This document shows, piece after piece, positions 50,732-63,905 of a stretch of DNA of 64,000 bases (positions are counted from its first letter, which is position 1; every line of letters starts with the position of its first letter). Position numbers and translations under genes: made by a program. The stretch lies in NCBI GenBank assembly GCA_030390025.1, contig CM059435.1, forward strand, positions 67,580,001-67,644,000, written 5' to 3'. The stretch comes from Squalus acanthias. Lineage: Eukaryota. The notes beneath the pieces are model-generated. The model was not told the DNA's origin. It saw only the letters and a list, made by a program, of their open reading frames with translations, and made no database searches.

Positions 50732-51188
50732 ACAACAACAACAACTTGTATTTATATAGCGCCTTTAACGTAGTAAAACATCCCAAGGCGCTGCACAGGA
50801 GTATTTTAAGACAAAAAATTTGACACCGAGCCACATAAGGATAAATTAAGGCAGGTGACCAAAAGCTTGGTCAAAGAGGTAGGTTTTAAGGAGCGTCTTA
50901 AAGGAGGAAAGAGAGGTAGAGAGGCGGAGAGGTTTAGGGAGGGAATTCCAGAGCTTAGGGCCTAGGCAACAGAAGGTACGGCCACCAATGGTTGAGCGAT
51001 TATAAACAGGGATGCTCAAGAGGGCAGAATTAGAGGAGCGCAGATACCTCGGGGTGTTGTGGGGCTGAAGGAGATTACAGAGATAGGGAGGGGCGAAGCC
51101 ATGGAGGAATTTGAAAACAAGGATGAGAATTTTGAAATCGAGGCGCTGCTTAACCAGGAGCCAGTGTAGGTCAGCGAGCACAGGGGAG
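50732..51188 (-). mobile_element. L2 LINE 3' end
   Basis: SPVLADLHWLLVKQRLDFKILILVFK..GPKLWNSLP..LKTYLF; (aac)n tail. Confidence 0.92.
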
Positions 51189-51645
51189 ACACTGCAAGTT
51201 CTGCATGAATGTTGAAGTGGACCCAACTGGTCACCTCTCAATGCACAATGCCGTGTTCCATTAATGCTCCCTTCCACTTTTTTCTTTTAACGTAAACACT
51301 TAGGTGCATGAATTTTCTATTTAGAGTCTTTTTTTGCACTTTTATCTAATTGGTGACAGCGCATTTCTCCCAAAATGGTGCATGAATCTGAACTCGAACC
51401 CTGTTTACATCATTTCAGTTCATTTGCAATGAATAAAGCAGCAGGGATCAGTTTAAACTGAATCGGATTTTAGTTGGAAACTCGCTGTTTGTTGTAGGTC
51501 TATCTTTCAGCCAGTGTAAGATGAAGAATCTTAAGAGTTTGCTGCTTTGGGTGCACATGGGATGAGCTTATTACCAGCTTCGCTGTGTTGCTAAAGACTC
51601 TGCTGATCACTTGAAAACCGTATAATTGTGCAACATAAAATGATA

Positions 51646-52307
51646 GGGGGAAAAATTCACTAACATCGCCTGGGCGCTAAATTTAATGCCCGGCGAAAAA
51701 TAGCGCCAGCGATCGTTAAATTCAGTTTTTAGCCCCAAGAGGGAGGTGGAACGCTAATTCAAGCGCTCCACTTCCTTCTTAGAGCGCTAACCCCGAATAT
51801 CGGGCGGTGCGTTCTGCAGCGCTACGCACTGTGCCACATAGCGCTGCCTCATGGAAGGGCTCTTCCCCTCATTAAAGGGGAGGGCCCAAGCCCACAACTC
51901 TGCGGGGCCCTACCTGGACCACCGGGGAGAGGGGTGCCGTGCCAGAAGCCAGATCGCGGCACAGACCCTGCGTTGAAAGACGCAACGGGCCGTGACAAGA
52001 GATCGGAGAACTTTTCTTTTCCTCGTCCGCCACCTCCCCTTTACTTACCGCCGCTCGAGCCTCCTGCTGCCCGGCGCAGATTCAGGGGGCGCGCGGTCAA
52101 TTATGCAGGTGGGGCAAAAATGGGGTGCTGTGCACTGTGATGATGGCGTCATCGCCTGCGCAGCGGGGCGGTACCGGTTACCGCCGCCACTAAACTCCCG
52201 CTGAATTTAGCGGGAGTCGTTAGCGGTGCCGCGCCTGGGCAAAAAGTCGTTTGTGCCCCTTTAGCGGCCCCCACCCCGGAGGGGCAAATGCACCGAATTT
52301 CTAGCCC
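51646..52307. mobile_element. PIF/Harbinger-like MITE
   Basis: Imperfect TIRs GGGGGAAAAATTC / GAATTTCTAGCCC; ATA on both sides (3-bp TSD); GC-rich with internal hairpins. Confidence 0.7.
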
Positions 52308-53149
52308 ATAGTACCTACACACACGAACCAGTTTCACATTAATGTTGGTGGCATCACACTAATTTGCATATTATTTTAGTCAGCTGTTAAAATTTACACT
52401 CAACTTTTACCTTTTTAGTTGCAGTCATTTAGCTCATGTACTTTCAGCCTTTTAAAAGCCAAGCCTGGCGTCACCTAATCCATTTACCTCGTCTGATCAC
52501 CTATTCTTTTCTAACCTTGCCAATGCTTTGCCCTGTGAGCCTTGGTCCTTCGACCAGGCATGCCAAGAAAATAAAGGACACAGAACGAATCCGCGGGGTA
52601 GAATTTATATCCACTGGCGATTTCGACCCTAACTGGTTTGTAATTTGTCACTTAGGAGTTGTCAGGTCAGCTCACTGGAGAGGTATAAATCGTATCCCTC
52701 AGCTCCCCATCATATTGCCCTCTGTTTATTATTATTATACTCTAAGAGATGGTCAGGGATGGATTACTAAGCTATAAGCGTCACTCATTGTTTATGGGGG
52801 GAGGGAAGAAGGGGACTTTCAATGAATGTTTATGAACTCTTAGCCAATCCAAGGCAGCACGTGCCTCTGTAATGTGTCCCTGGCCATCCATTACTCTCTA
52901 GATTGTGCAGTGTGCATGAATTTGATTCCGAATCAATTCAGCTTACGGAGTCCCTTCCAAGCAGACTGGAATGCAGCAGAGATGTGCCTCAAATGTAGTT
53001 GAGTGAAACCGCAATCTCTTTCCCCTGCGTTGACGGAAAGAGCTATTTAAACAAATCTCGGTTCCAGCGTTCATTTTAAAAAATCCCGTAAACGTGTTAA
53101 ATTCCACCATCTCAGCCTTGGTGAAGGTGAGCACTCACTAACAGGAATA

Positions 53150-53415
53150 GAAGGTGCCTAAGCTGATCGCAGCCAGGGCAGTCGAAGATGCACGATAATG
53201 GGCTTCAGTCCCCCTGGGCGGGGGAGGAGAACATCAGCTTAGTTTGCGATCTTGGTCCCTGTCTAGTGACCACTGCTGGGATGTGCACCTGTGTGAGGAT
53301 AGGGCTGGGCTTGGCTGTGATGTTCTCCAGAGTCGAATAGCCTGCTGATACTCGCACGTGGCGAAAAGCCACTTTTGGGCAGGTGTTGGAGGGAACTCAT
53401 GGAAGCGTACCTCAG
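53150..53415 (+). mobile_element. Old SINE-like repeat, same unnamed family
   Basis: gctgatcgcagccagggcag..cccctgggc..agtgaccactgctgg..gtcgaatagcctgctgatactc. Confidence 0.55.
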
Positions 53416-54502
53416 AAAGAGTCAAGGCCTTCACTGGGTAGGTTTGGATGAAGAAAGCCCTTCAGCCCATTTGATCCCATCCCTCCAGAACACCATCCCT
53501 CCCATTGTAGCATCGGGCTGTTTTAAACATTCCAGGGTCTGGTCTCAGCCACCCACCCTGGCAGCTAATTCCAGCTCTTGCTCACCCTAATATAAAGGGG
53601 ACAGGGGAAGTGTATTTGGATCACCATTTTATTTTAACCTAGGTGCTGTTTCCCTGTCAAAAGATTACTGTTCACCAGGCAAAGCGCATGCATGTTCTGT
53701 GTAAGATAAACGGCAGCATCCTTCCAATATCCATAGAAAGATAAATCACTGGGGACGAATACAAGTTCACCAATAAATCTAACAGCACAGTGAATGCTTT
53801 TACACCTACACACCTAACTACATCGACAGAAAGCGAATGTGCTTGCATTTGGTTGCAGTTATTTCAAGGGGTATAGAGGGTCGTAGAATATTTCTGAGAT
53901 ACAGTCACAGAACAGTTAGAAGAAACGATTAATTGTGACTCAGTGTTGTCCTCGTGGATTAACTACCGTTCTGTCCAGCGCCTTAGTGAACATTGTTCAC
54001 GCGTGTCATGATTGAAACCAGTGTTTGTGCTAATGGGAACACCGCTCAGTGAAAGATTTCTTCTACATGCATCAGTAGTTGCCTCCCTTGAAGAGGAAGC
54101 AAAATCTAGGGGTAGAACTTTTTGTTCAAAGTATTCACCCGTCTTCCACTGAGAAAACAAAGCTCCCAAGGTTTGTGCGATATTTTCTAAACGTGCGGTT
54201 CCCGCTGACCTACTGGTATTAATTCGGTTCGTGTTCTGCTTTTTCTGTCACATGCTTAAAAATGACTGCAAATCATTTGTGTTAATGACTCGTTGGCAGC
54301 TGTTGCCTGTATCTGAGAGTGTTTCGTGTCTTAGAATTGTGGCTATCGACCACAAAACTATTGTGATGAATTCAGATGTGCCTTAGGTTTCCATAAAGAA
54401 CTTTTTGCTTTAAGCAAGAACAGTTGACTGGGATATTTTTTAAGTCCTACGGACTGTTGAAGAATGCGAGCAAAGATTATATTGCTTTATATCATTAGAA
54501 TT

Positions 54503-54615
54503 AAGCCCCAATTTGAACCGAAATTTTAACTTCAATGGAGTCGAAAATCAGGTGTAAATCGGGCATCCGACCTGTCATGTTCTCAACGGGTGGGTGCAGT
54601 TAAAAATCGGGGCTT
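54503..54615. mobile_element. Short MITE-like inverted-repeat element
   Basis: AAGCCCCAATTT ... AAATCGGGGCTT termini. Confidence 0.5.
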
Positions 54616-55236
54616 CACTCTTTGAAATTCGACTCGTGACTGTCAAGAAATAAAAAGGACGTCTTTCCATCTCTTTCTCCTCCAGATCTCGAGAGATTTC
54701 CAACTGATGAGCGCCAAGCCGTGAAAGCGAGGGAAGGAGTTGGTGCGATGCTTTTCTGTGCCGCACCTCCACATTTCCCAGGTAATTCCACACACCTACC
54801 ATGCCATTCCATGAATTTTTATGCGTCTCAATTGTACTTCCTTTTTGCTTCGCTTGTCTTGCCAAATTTCCCGCCCCCTTCCTCCCGAAGGCATTGACTC
54901 CTTCCTGGAGTATAGCCCACGGGAACTGATCGTCCTTCAGTGCCTCATCCCAAGTGGCTGTTCAACTGTGAGTGTTGGCAGGCTGTCAATTGTGGGGGGC
55001 GAGTTGGGGGGCATTTTTTGAACCCAGCGTTAGCATCAAGTGATACTTGGGCGGGTATAATAGATATATGATAAACCTCCCACAATTCTGCTCTAAAAGG
55101 TGCATTACAACATCCACCTCAAAACAGTGCCTCCACCCGCTCCCCAACAAATTCATGTTGCTAATGGGAATCATAGAATCTCTCACCCCTATTCCAAGAA
55201 ACACTGAAAGCCCCTTACAGTCTTACCAGATCACTG

Positions 55237-55865
55237 ATAGAATCTTACAGCACATTATGAGGCCATTCGGCCCATCGTACCTGTGCTGGCTCTTTGAAAG
55301 AGCTATCCAATTAGTCCCACACCCCTGCTCTTTCCCCACAGCCCTGCAAAGTTTTCCTTTTCAAGTATTTATCCCATTCCCTTTTGAAAGTTACTATTGA
55401 ATCTGCTTCCACCGCCCTTTCAGGCAGTGAATTCCAGATCATAACAACTTGCTGTGTTCAGAAAACATTCTCTTTTATCTTCCCTCTGGTTCTTTTGCCA
55501 ATTATCTTAAATCTGTGTCCTCTGGTTACTGACCCTCCTGCCAGTGGAAGCAGCTTCACCTTATTTATTCCATCAAAACTCCTCATAATTTTGAACACCT
55601 CTATTAAATCTCCCCTGAACCTTTTCTGCTCTAAGGAGAACAATCCAAGCTTCTCTAGTCTCTCCACATAACTGACGTCTTTTATCCCTGGTACAATTCT
55701 GGTAAATCTCCTCTGCATCCTCTCCAAGGCCTTGACATCCTTCCTCAAGTGCGGTGTCCAGAATTGGGCACAGTACTCCAGCTAAGGCCTAACCAGTGAT
55801 TTCTAAGGGTTTAGCATAACTTCCTTTCTTTTTGTACTCTATGCCTCTTTTTATAAATCCAAGGA
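55237..55865 (-). mobile_element. CR1 3' fragment
   Basis: RKDVKALERMQRRFTR..RGDLIEVFKIM; tail gaggccattcggcccatcg. Confidence 0.9.
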
Positions 55866-57549
55866 TCATGTGATATTCAAATGGTAAGGACGCATCTAAT
55901 TAAAGGCTGCAGTCTGCTCTTTCTCTGGGGTGTTGGTGTGAGGATCCCACTGTCCTGTGGCAAAGGTGGTACTTGGTGATCAATACGCCAAACTGGCTCC
56001 ACGTAATCATGACCTAGTCATCGTATTCAATGGGTGATGTCCGTCTCAAATGGGTTTCCTTTGTTGTCTTCGAGCATCTTGAGCTGCACAAACTGTTGAA
56101 GCTGTTGGGGGAATCCATTACAGTTACGTAGGAAGCAACAATATCCAGACATTAACTCCTCACCCCACCAGAGATCAGATCCAGTAAACTTCCAGTGTGT
56201 TTGATTGCTTCAAAGACAACAGTCCTATGCTGAAAGATGGCCAGTGACATAAATTATAGCTCTGGCTCCTTGTCTTTCGTTTCGGAAGATTCATCCGAAT
56301 TTCGTGGCTCAATTGGAATTTGCATCGTCCATGTAGAACATTTCATCGTGAAAGTCGGCCAAGAGATAAACCTGACCGTTTGTCTAAAATTTCTGCTGAT
56401 CAGATGAAGTTTGGTCAAAAAAGAGGATATTATGATGTGGACTGATTCTAATTTTATTTTTTTCGAAGTAGTGGGCTGTTTCGGGATCTTGCTGTGCCTT
56501 GCTGCTCCTGTGAATTCATTAACCTTCAAATAACCCAGACCAAGTACATCTAACCTGTACATTTTGGTCAGACACCTTACGGTTTTCCACCTTTCGGATG
56601 GGACAGGATGGTGGGCATCCCTCGTAATCTCTAGTGAGCAATACTTTGTGATTGGAGGTTAGCTGTTGACCCTGGGTATGCTAACTCATACATGACACAT
56701 ACAAGGATGATGGTTTTGGGTCATGGGAGACTTGGGCTGGCATTTTTCTCCTCAATCTTGCCCAGCATGGTGGAGAATGAGGTCAAATTCAGGCTGTGAG
56801 GCCTCCCGCTAGCTCACTGCTCCCCCCCGCCCCCCCCCCCCCCGCCATCACCAGGGCTACTGATGGCCACTCCTTTCCTGCCCGCTGATGACAATGGCCG
56901 CTGGGGAGGCAGGGCCCATGTCCTGGCAGGATTTCCCTTCCATTTCCCCGCGCCCCCAATTTGCCGCTGTTTCCTGCCACTGCCTTGCATACGGTAGCGG
57001 TAAGCCCTAGGAAACAGCAGGAGCGGCTTGGAACTCTACCTGTGGAGAGAGTGGACTTCGTACTGACCACCTCTCCTCTCCCTCTGGTCAGGCCTCAAAC
57101 ATTTGGCTGAAGCCCCTGTCTCGGCCTAGGCCTTCAGTGGGACGTCCACTCTTCTGCCCCTTTTAAGGTCTCTTGCCAGCTCCCTTAGTGCTTAGCGGCT
57201 GTGATATTCTCCCCTTTGCATGCTTGGCAGCGTGAATCTCGCCAGAAGTCCACGTGCATACAGGACGAACCCTGGGCTAGCGTAATAGGTTGGGTTTGGA
57301 GGGGAAGACCAGAAGACTCGCCACATCCAACTATACCCCAACGAGGAGAATTCTGGCCTCGTTCTCCGATAGACCGAAACCACCTTCTTGCTGACAACTT
57401 GTCGTGAACACGAGAACAAAGCAGAACAGTCCGAAATCTAATGCTCACCTCTGCTCCAGTATCGGGTTCCATTTCCCACACCAAACACTTGGTGCTAGGT
57501 TCCAGGCAGCCTCCTGCTCTTAGAAGCAGCACAGTTTACAACTCAAGAA

Positions 57550-57810
57550 AAGATATTTAGCCCATCGCGCCTTTTCTAGAACAATCTACGCTGACACCAA
57601 TTCCCCACTCTCCCATAGCTCTGTATCTTCCTGTGCGTCAAATATTCATCCAATTTTCCCTTAAAAGATGCATTGATCTCTGCCTCAACCGCTCCCTGTG
57701 GAAAACCTTTCTATGCTTCAGCAATCCTCTGCATTAAGAAATGTTTCCTACGCTCTCCCCACACTCTTCATGATCATTTTAAATTGACGACGCCTCATCA
57801 ACCAGGGCAG
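57550..57810 (-). mobile_element. Degraded CR1 3' fragment
   Basis: cagcccatc..ccccactctcccatagc..tctgcctcaaccgctccctgtgg pattern. Confidence 0.55.
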
Positions 57811-57829
57811 TGGGGGGGGGGGGGGGGGG

Positions 57830-58422
57830 GGGGAGGTTAAAATAGCCCTGGAGCTGACCATTCCCAATTGTAACCTGCTCAACAAAGCAGGAGGCAGGGG
57901 CACACACCCAAAACTGACGGGGGTCCTTTTGACACGTGTAGGTCGGGTCCCAATGACGTCATTGGGACCCAACTGCCATTTTAACTCAGGGGCCTGACAG
58001 GATTTTTCAGTCGGCTGGGAACGAGGATCCAGGCCCAGGAGAGGTTCAAAAAGGTAAGTACTTTTTTTCCCACTTTCCTTGTGGGGCCTGAAGGAGCAGC
58101 CTGGAGGAGCAGGAGTCCCACAAGGAAAGTTTACGCCTCCCCTAGGGTGGACCTGCCACTCCCTCCACCTCCCCTGGGGTGGACCTGCCACTCCCTCCAC
58201 CTCCCCATCCCGTTGGTGAGACCCCACAGGATGGCCCCAGCAGCCAGTCCCACCAGCTACCTGCTGTCAGCATGATTTTTCCACCACTTCCCACTCAGAA
58301 CATGTGAGAAGTTGGCCAGCGGGATTTAAATAAGGTCCAGGGATTTCTGGAGCAGCGGGTATGTCTTTAACTTGCATCTCTACCCACCCACTCTAAACTG
58401 GTCCGGAGTTAAGATCGGGCCT
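57830..58422. mobile_element. GC-rich MITE remnant (family of 11125-11533)
   Basis: Shared internal blocks and terminus gagttaagatcgggcc; 26-bp palindrome at 57945-57970. Confidence 0.6.
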
Positions 58423-58513
58423 ACTCTGTGCTAACCCAACATGCGACCCAGTGCAATAAAAACAGAAACTGCTGGAAATACTCAGCAGGTCAGGCAGCAT
58501 CTGTGGAGAGGGG

Positions 58514-59158
58514 TTAACTGGACTAGCCACATAAATACTGTGGCTAAATACTGTGGCTACAAGAGCAGGTCAGAGGCTGAGTATTCTGCGGCGAGTGTCT
58601 CACCTCCTGACTCCCCAAAGCTTTTCCACCATCTACAAGGCACAAGTCAGGATCCACTTGCCTAGATGAGTGCAGTTCCAACAACACTCAAGAAGCTTGA
58701 CACCATCCAGGACAAAGCAGCCCGCTTGATTGGCACCCCAACCACCACCTTAAACATTAACTCCCTCCACCACCGGCGCACCGTGGCTGCAGTGTGTACC
58801 CCCTATAAGATGCACTGCAGCAACTCGCCAAGGCTTCTTCGGCAGCACCTCCCAAACCCGCGACCTCTTCCACCTAGAAGGACAAGGGCAGCAGACGCAT
58901 GGGAACACCACCACCTCCAAGTTCCCCTCCAAGTCACACACCATCCTGACTTGGAAATATATCGCCGTTCCTTCATCGTCGCTGGGTCAAAATCCTGGTA
59001 CTCCCTACCTAACAGCACTGTGGGAGTACCTTCACCACAGGGACTGCAGTGATTTAAGAAGGCGGCTCACCACCACCTTCTCAAGGGCAATTAGGGATGG
59101 GCAATAAATGCTGGCCTTGCCAGCGATGCCCACATCCTGGAATGAATTAAAAAAAAAA
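58514..59158 (+). mobile_element. 5'-truncated non-LTR retrotransposon (CR1/L2 group)
   Basis: TTLKKLDTIQDKAARLIG..SLHHRRTVAAVC; A-tail; flanked by gttaac/gttaat. Confidence 0.88.
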
Positions 59159-59194
59159 GTTAATGTTTCAGGTCGATGACCTTTCATCAGAACT
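59158..59194 (-). ncRNA. Minimal type I hammerhead ribozyme motif of Penelope (probably degenerate)
   Basis: Minus strand AGTT-CTGATGA-A-AGGTC-ATC-GACCT-GAAA-CATT-AACT: conserved cores, stem II and stem I present; stem III reads ACAT instead of palindromic ACGT. Confidence 0.65.
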
Positions 59195-59636
59195 GGAAAA
59201 AGTCAGAGATGTAACTCAGTTTCTCTCTCCACGGATGCTGCCTGACCTGCTGAGTATTTCCAGCATTTTCTGTTTTTATTTCCGATTTCCAGCATCCGCA
59301 GTATTTTGCTTTTGTATCAGTGTAACTTGGGTGCGCTGTTGCATATTAATTGAATCTGTTAAAACATATTTCTGGTGCTTCGGCTTGTGCCCTGCTACAG
59401 AATGACATTGGGAATGGGGTAAGATGTCCATTTGGCTTCTCAGCTGAAGAACCTGGTGGGACAATCCCTGAACAAAATGGAAAGAGACAAATAAAGAAAA
59501 ATATGCAATAAATACTTCAGAGGTTTATTTTAAACACGTTTGAGTTGTTTGAAAACCAGTACTTGGAATTCTGGGCTGCGTTCATTGCATTAAGATATTA
59601 TTGAATGGGACGGAATCGGCTTCCCTGATTGTACAC

Positions 59637-59963
59637 GAGAGAGATAGAGAGGGAGGGGGAAGAGCAGGAGAGAGTGTAGCTCAGATAGAGAGGGAGGGGG
59701 AAGAACAGGTGAGAGAGAGTAGCTCAGATAGAGAGGGAGGGGAGAGAGTAGCTCAGATAGAGAGGGAGGGGGAAGAGCAGGAGAGAGAGTGTAGCTCAGA
59801 TAGAGAGGGAGGGGGAAGAGCAGGAGAGAGAGTGTAGCTCAGATAGAGAGGAAGGGGGAAGAACAGGAGAGAGAGTGTAGCTCAGATAGAGAGGAAGGGG
59901 GAAGAGCAGGAGAGAGAGTGTAGCTCAGATAGAGAGGGAGGGGGGAAGAGCAGGAGAGAGAGA
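59637..59963. repeat. Purine-rich minisatellite, about 42-45-bp unit (GAGAGAGTGTAGCTCAGATAGAGAGGGAGGGGGAAGAGCAG), about 7 copies
   Basis: Direct tandem repetition. Confidence 0.92.
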
Positions 59964-61916
59964 TTGGCTGTGGAGGCCGGTCTCCATTAGGCACCGAACT
60001 GAACTAATCCCCATTTTATCGCCCAGCAGTCAAGGGATGCAGTGCGACATCCACTGCTCCATCCCTGCAGGCTCCTGTTTTCTGCCCACGTCCTCAGGGA
60101 TGGCACTCATTTTATTCACGTCATAAAGATGAAAGGCTGCATGAAGCCTGCTGGCAATCAAACTCTGAATCTCTGGCGCTCAACCAACTGAAATCCCTCT
60201 TTTGTGTGCTTGTGGATGAGGTCATGTTTTTTTCTTTTGATGTCCTCCATCTTCAGTCTCCTCGGAGAGAATAACGCTCTCCCTTCCCTTCTGGTAGCAG
60301 ATTATCTTCCCTGACCAACTAACCTGTAACAAAAGGGCTGGGATTTGCCCAGAGCTTGTCAAACATCAGGGGTCACAGTCCCATGGGCTCTTCTACCCCC
60401 ACATCCTCACATACAGCGCAAGTTAAACTTAACTGAGTGAATGAGTACAGCTTCCCTGGTTAAACTCTCTGGTTCTGTCAATGAATGAGAGATCGGAAGC
60501 TGCATTTCAAATGAACACTTTATTTACAATAGATGGAAAAGCAGCTGCCAAGACACCAACACCTCCATCAAACCTGCTGGAAATGGAATGGAGCCGTCTT
60601 AAGCCAACTCCCTGCAGGGCTTTAACTGTCCTTATTTGAGTCGGTTGTGTCGATGAGAAACGTTTTTCTGCAATGCATATCTCTCCCCACCTTGTGGCTG
60701 TTAACAGTCACTACGTGGGAAACAACCTATGATTTCTGGAACCATCCAAGGGATTTCACATCTCTTATGCTATCTGTGGATTCAAGAATAATATTTGATC
60801 TGGACGACTGTGTCAATATTTTATCAAATCTGCTCGAAATGTCCGAGTCCTGTAAATGCAGATCCCCACAAGCTGGGCCTTCAGCAGAGGGTCAGAGAAC
60901 ATAAAACCTGCCTGGACATGGGCGATGCGTTAATGTTTCTGCTGAATCCCAAGCATCCGGAGTTGGGGCTGACCGCAAGTGCTTAATAGGTGATGAACGA
61001 GTCAGCAAGTATGACCGCTTAGATAGTGTAAAGCGAGCGATGGATTAGTACTCTGGCTGGATTAGTGTGTGGACTTTCCTCCTTTTCCTGTTGCTTGCTT
61101 CCTATCCGAGATAGCAGTAAATATTCAGCATGACTCTCTGTCAGTGAGACACTGCTGAGCTCCCAACAGGGGGCATGCCCATCCGCCCCATGAGGAGGGC
61201 ACGATCGGGTATCCACAGGTCTTTTTCACACTGGGTGCTTGTCTTTGCCTCTTTCTCCTTTCTGTTCTTTCACTTGACTTACTGTTTTCTCATTTCCAAC
61301 TGTGTAATTTCCCCTTGCAGGCTTCCCAAAGTAGTTGCTCATCATTGAACTGAACCTAGATTCTCTAACAAGAAGTTACCAGCCACCTCTTTATTGTTCA
61401 GTACACAGAGGATTCTATTACTTAGCCTTAATGTAGGATTCTTCCTAGTTTTCTTCGAGAAGCCCCATTAACCGATAATTAGTGTAATTCGAAATAAGAA
61501 TAGAATTGACAGAGGTGGACAGCGCTACTCCTCCCCAACAGAGAAACCCAAAATTATAACTCCCAACTTACATATCCTGGCATGAACAAGCTGGACGATG
61601 CAGACACTCGATGGCCGGCCCATCTCACTGCGGAATACCTCCAAAATGCTATGCTCGTACCTCTCAACTGCCCTGGTTTCTGTGGGGGAATTTCAGTCCT
61701 GTCCTGCTGACCTGATTTAGGAACAGGATTCCTGAATTTTAAAGTGCTCTACAAACCTAAAACTTATTTTGGGAGTTAAAGGAGTTGGAGATAAAGCAAA
61801 TAGGTAATACATTTTTTCCCCCCACAGTTCTCAGTGTGTATTTATGGTACTAGCAGATGTGCCTTTGGCATTGCTCGTGATCATTGAGGATACAGTGATC
61901 AACAATGTGTAAAGGA

Positions 61917-62675
61917 TAGAACAGAGTACTTTCTACATGGTGAAAAGCTATAAACAGTGGAGGTCCAAAGAGACTTGGGGGTCCAGGCACATAGGTCATT
62001 AAAATGTCATGAACAGGTACAGAGAGAAATAAAAAAGGCTAATGGAACACTAGCCTTTATATCTAGAGGACTAGAATACAAGGGGGAAGAAGTTATGTTG
62101 CAGCTGTACAAAGCCCTGGTTAGACCACACCTGGAGTACTGAGAGCAGTTCTGGGCACCACATCTTAGGGAGGATATACTGGCCTTGGAGGGAGTGCAGC
62201 GTAGGTTTACCAGAATGATACCCGGACTCCAAGGGTTAAATTACGAGGAGAGTTTACACAAACCTGGGTTGTATTCCCTGGAATTTAGAAGGTTAAGGGG
62301 TGATTTGATCAAAGTTTTCAAGATATTAAAGGGAACAGATAGGGTAGCTGGAGAGAAACTATTTCCACTCGTTGGGGATTCTAGGACTAGGGGACATAGT
62401 CTAAAAATTAGAGCCAGGCCTTACAGGAGTGAAGTTAGGAAACACTTCTACACACAAAGGGTGGTAGAAGTTTGGAACTCTCTTCCGCAAACGGCAATTG
62501 ATGCTAGATCAGTTGTTAATTTTAAATCTGAGATTGATAGATTTTTGTTAACCAAAGGTATTAAGGGACATGGGGCAAAGGCGGGTATGTGGAGTTAGGC
62601 CGCAGAGCAGCCATGATCTCATTGAATGGCGGAACAGGCTCGAAGGGCTGAATGGCCTACTCCTGTTCCTATGTA
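61917..62675 (+). mobile_element. CR1 3' fragment
   Basis: QRDLGVQ..LYKALVRPHLEY; RRLRGDLIKVFK..WNSLPQ; CR1 tail. Confidence 0.92.
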
Positions 62676-63700
62676 ACGGGGAAAGTTATAGGAAGTAAGT
62701 GTGATGTTTACAGGCAGTGCACACTATCCACCCGTGAGTTTAATATATTTACGGCTGACCTCCTGTGGCATTGTTCCTGGTGCCTTGGAGGATACGCTGA
62801 AATGTGACAGGAAGGGAGTGCCATGCTGACAGGAAGTGTGTGCTATTTGGAATACTTCTAATATATTCTAGATAATTGTATTTTATGGTGTATTATCAGT
62901 GTATTTTTATAATTTAAGCCTTAAACTATTCACTGTCTGATTCCAATGAAGTTTTAACTCCTCTGATTGAGCAGTGTGCGGACAGAATAAATTAATCACA
63001 CGCCAGGCTTATTCTTCATTCATTTGTAATTTGGTTTTGTGGATCACAAAAATGCATTAGCGTATAAATAGTGAAAATAAATTAAACTGAAGGTCGTTCG
63101 ACTGTTTGTGACACTTCACACAATTAAAATGAAGTGCTCCTAATTTTGACCGTTAGCCCCTGTTCTGTGGAGCCTGTATCCCTGATTTCCAGGTCTACAG
63201 GCGGAGTGATACTTTCCTGTCCCCGTCTGTCCCATTGACCATCCACCTCCCTCCGGCCTAGGCCGAAGGGAGGACACAAAATTTAATGCTGCCAAGAGAG
63301 AACGCTGGTTTCACGTTTCAACTGGGGCATTTCTGGAGCGTAAGCTTTGACTTTTCTCTCCCAGATGTTGCCCGCTTGCCGTAGTTTCTCAGTATTTTCT
63401 GCTCTTATTTAGCACCTAAACGGGACTGTGCTGCAAAGTGAGTTGGAAGATTGTCATTTTGCTCTTGGGAACTGAGTCTGAATTGGAGCCTCACAAGACG
63501 GGGAGTGGGAATGGGGAATGGGATTGCCTTTCCTCTCCCTTGAGACCCTGAGCACTGGCCATAAATTGGCAGATTCGCTCACGAGTCCTCATGCGTGAAA
63601 CTGCTGCACATATGAAAAAGTGGGTACTTCTCTTAGATTGGGATTAAGGTCGTTGGAATCAAGACCTCCTCTGGTTAAGAGATGTCCCTGACATTGCAAG

Positions 63701-63905
63701 GTGTCAGCCAGTGGCTCAGTGGTAGCCCTCTTGCCTCGGAGTCAGAAGGTTGTGGGTTCAAGTCCCACACCATGCACTTGAGCACAAAATCTAGGCTGAC
63801 ACTCCAGTGCAGTACTGAGGGAGTGCTGCACTGTCAGAGGTGCCATCCTTCAGATGAAGATGTTAAGCCGAGGCCCCGTCTGCCCTCTCACGAGAACGTA
63901 AAAGA
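63701..63905 (+). mobile_element. DeuSINE 5' half
   Basis: tggctcagtggtagc..gggttcaagtcc head and Deu-type body. Confidence 0.85.

Larger units (their letters stand above)
58453..59314. mobile_element. Penelope pseudo-LTR remnant in inverted arrangement, split by a LINE
   Basis: Minus-orientation end (58453-58518 plus 59159-59215) and plus-orientation end (59216-59314) are inverted copies. Confidence 0.78.

Noticed and set aside
54704-54735. CTGATGA...GAAA second hammerhead candidate
   Set aside because: Stem II is weak, and no compatible stem I, stem III or NUH site was found.
63701-63770. tRNA genes at SINE heads (also 43120-43190, 48438-48510)
   Set aside because: The A/B boxes run directly into SINE bodies and no complete cloverleaf forms.
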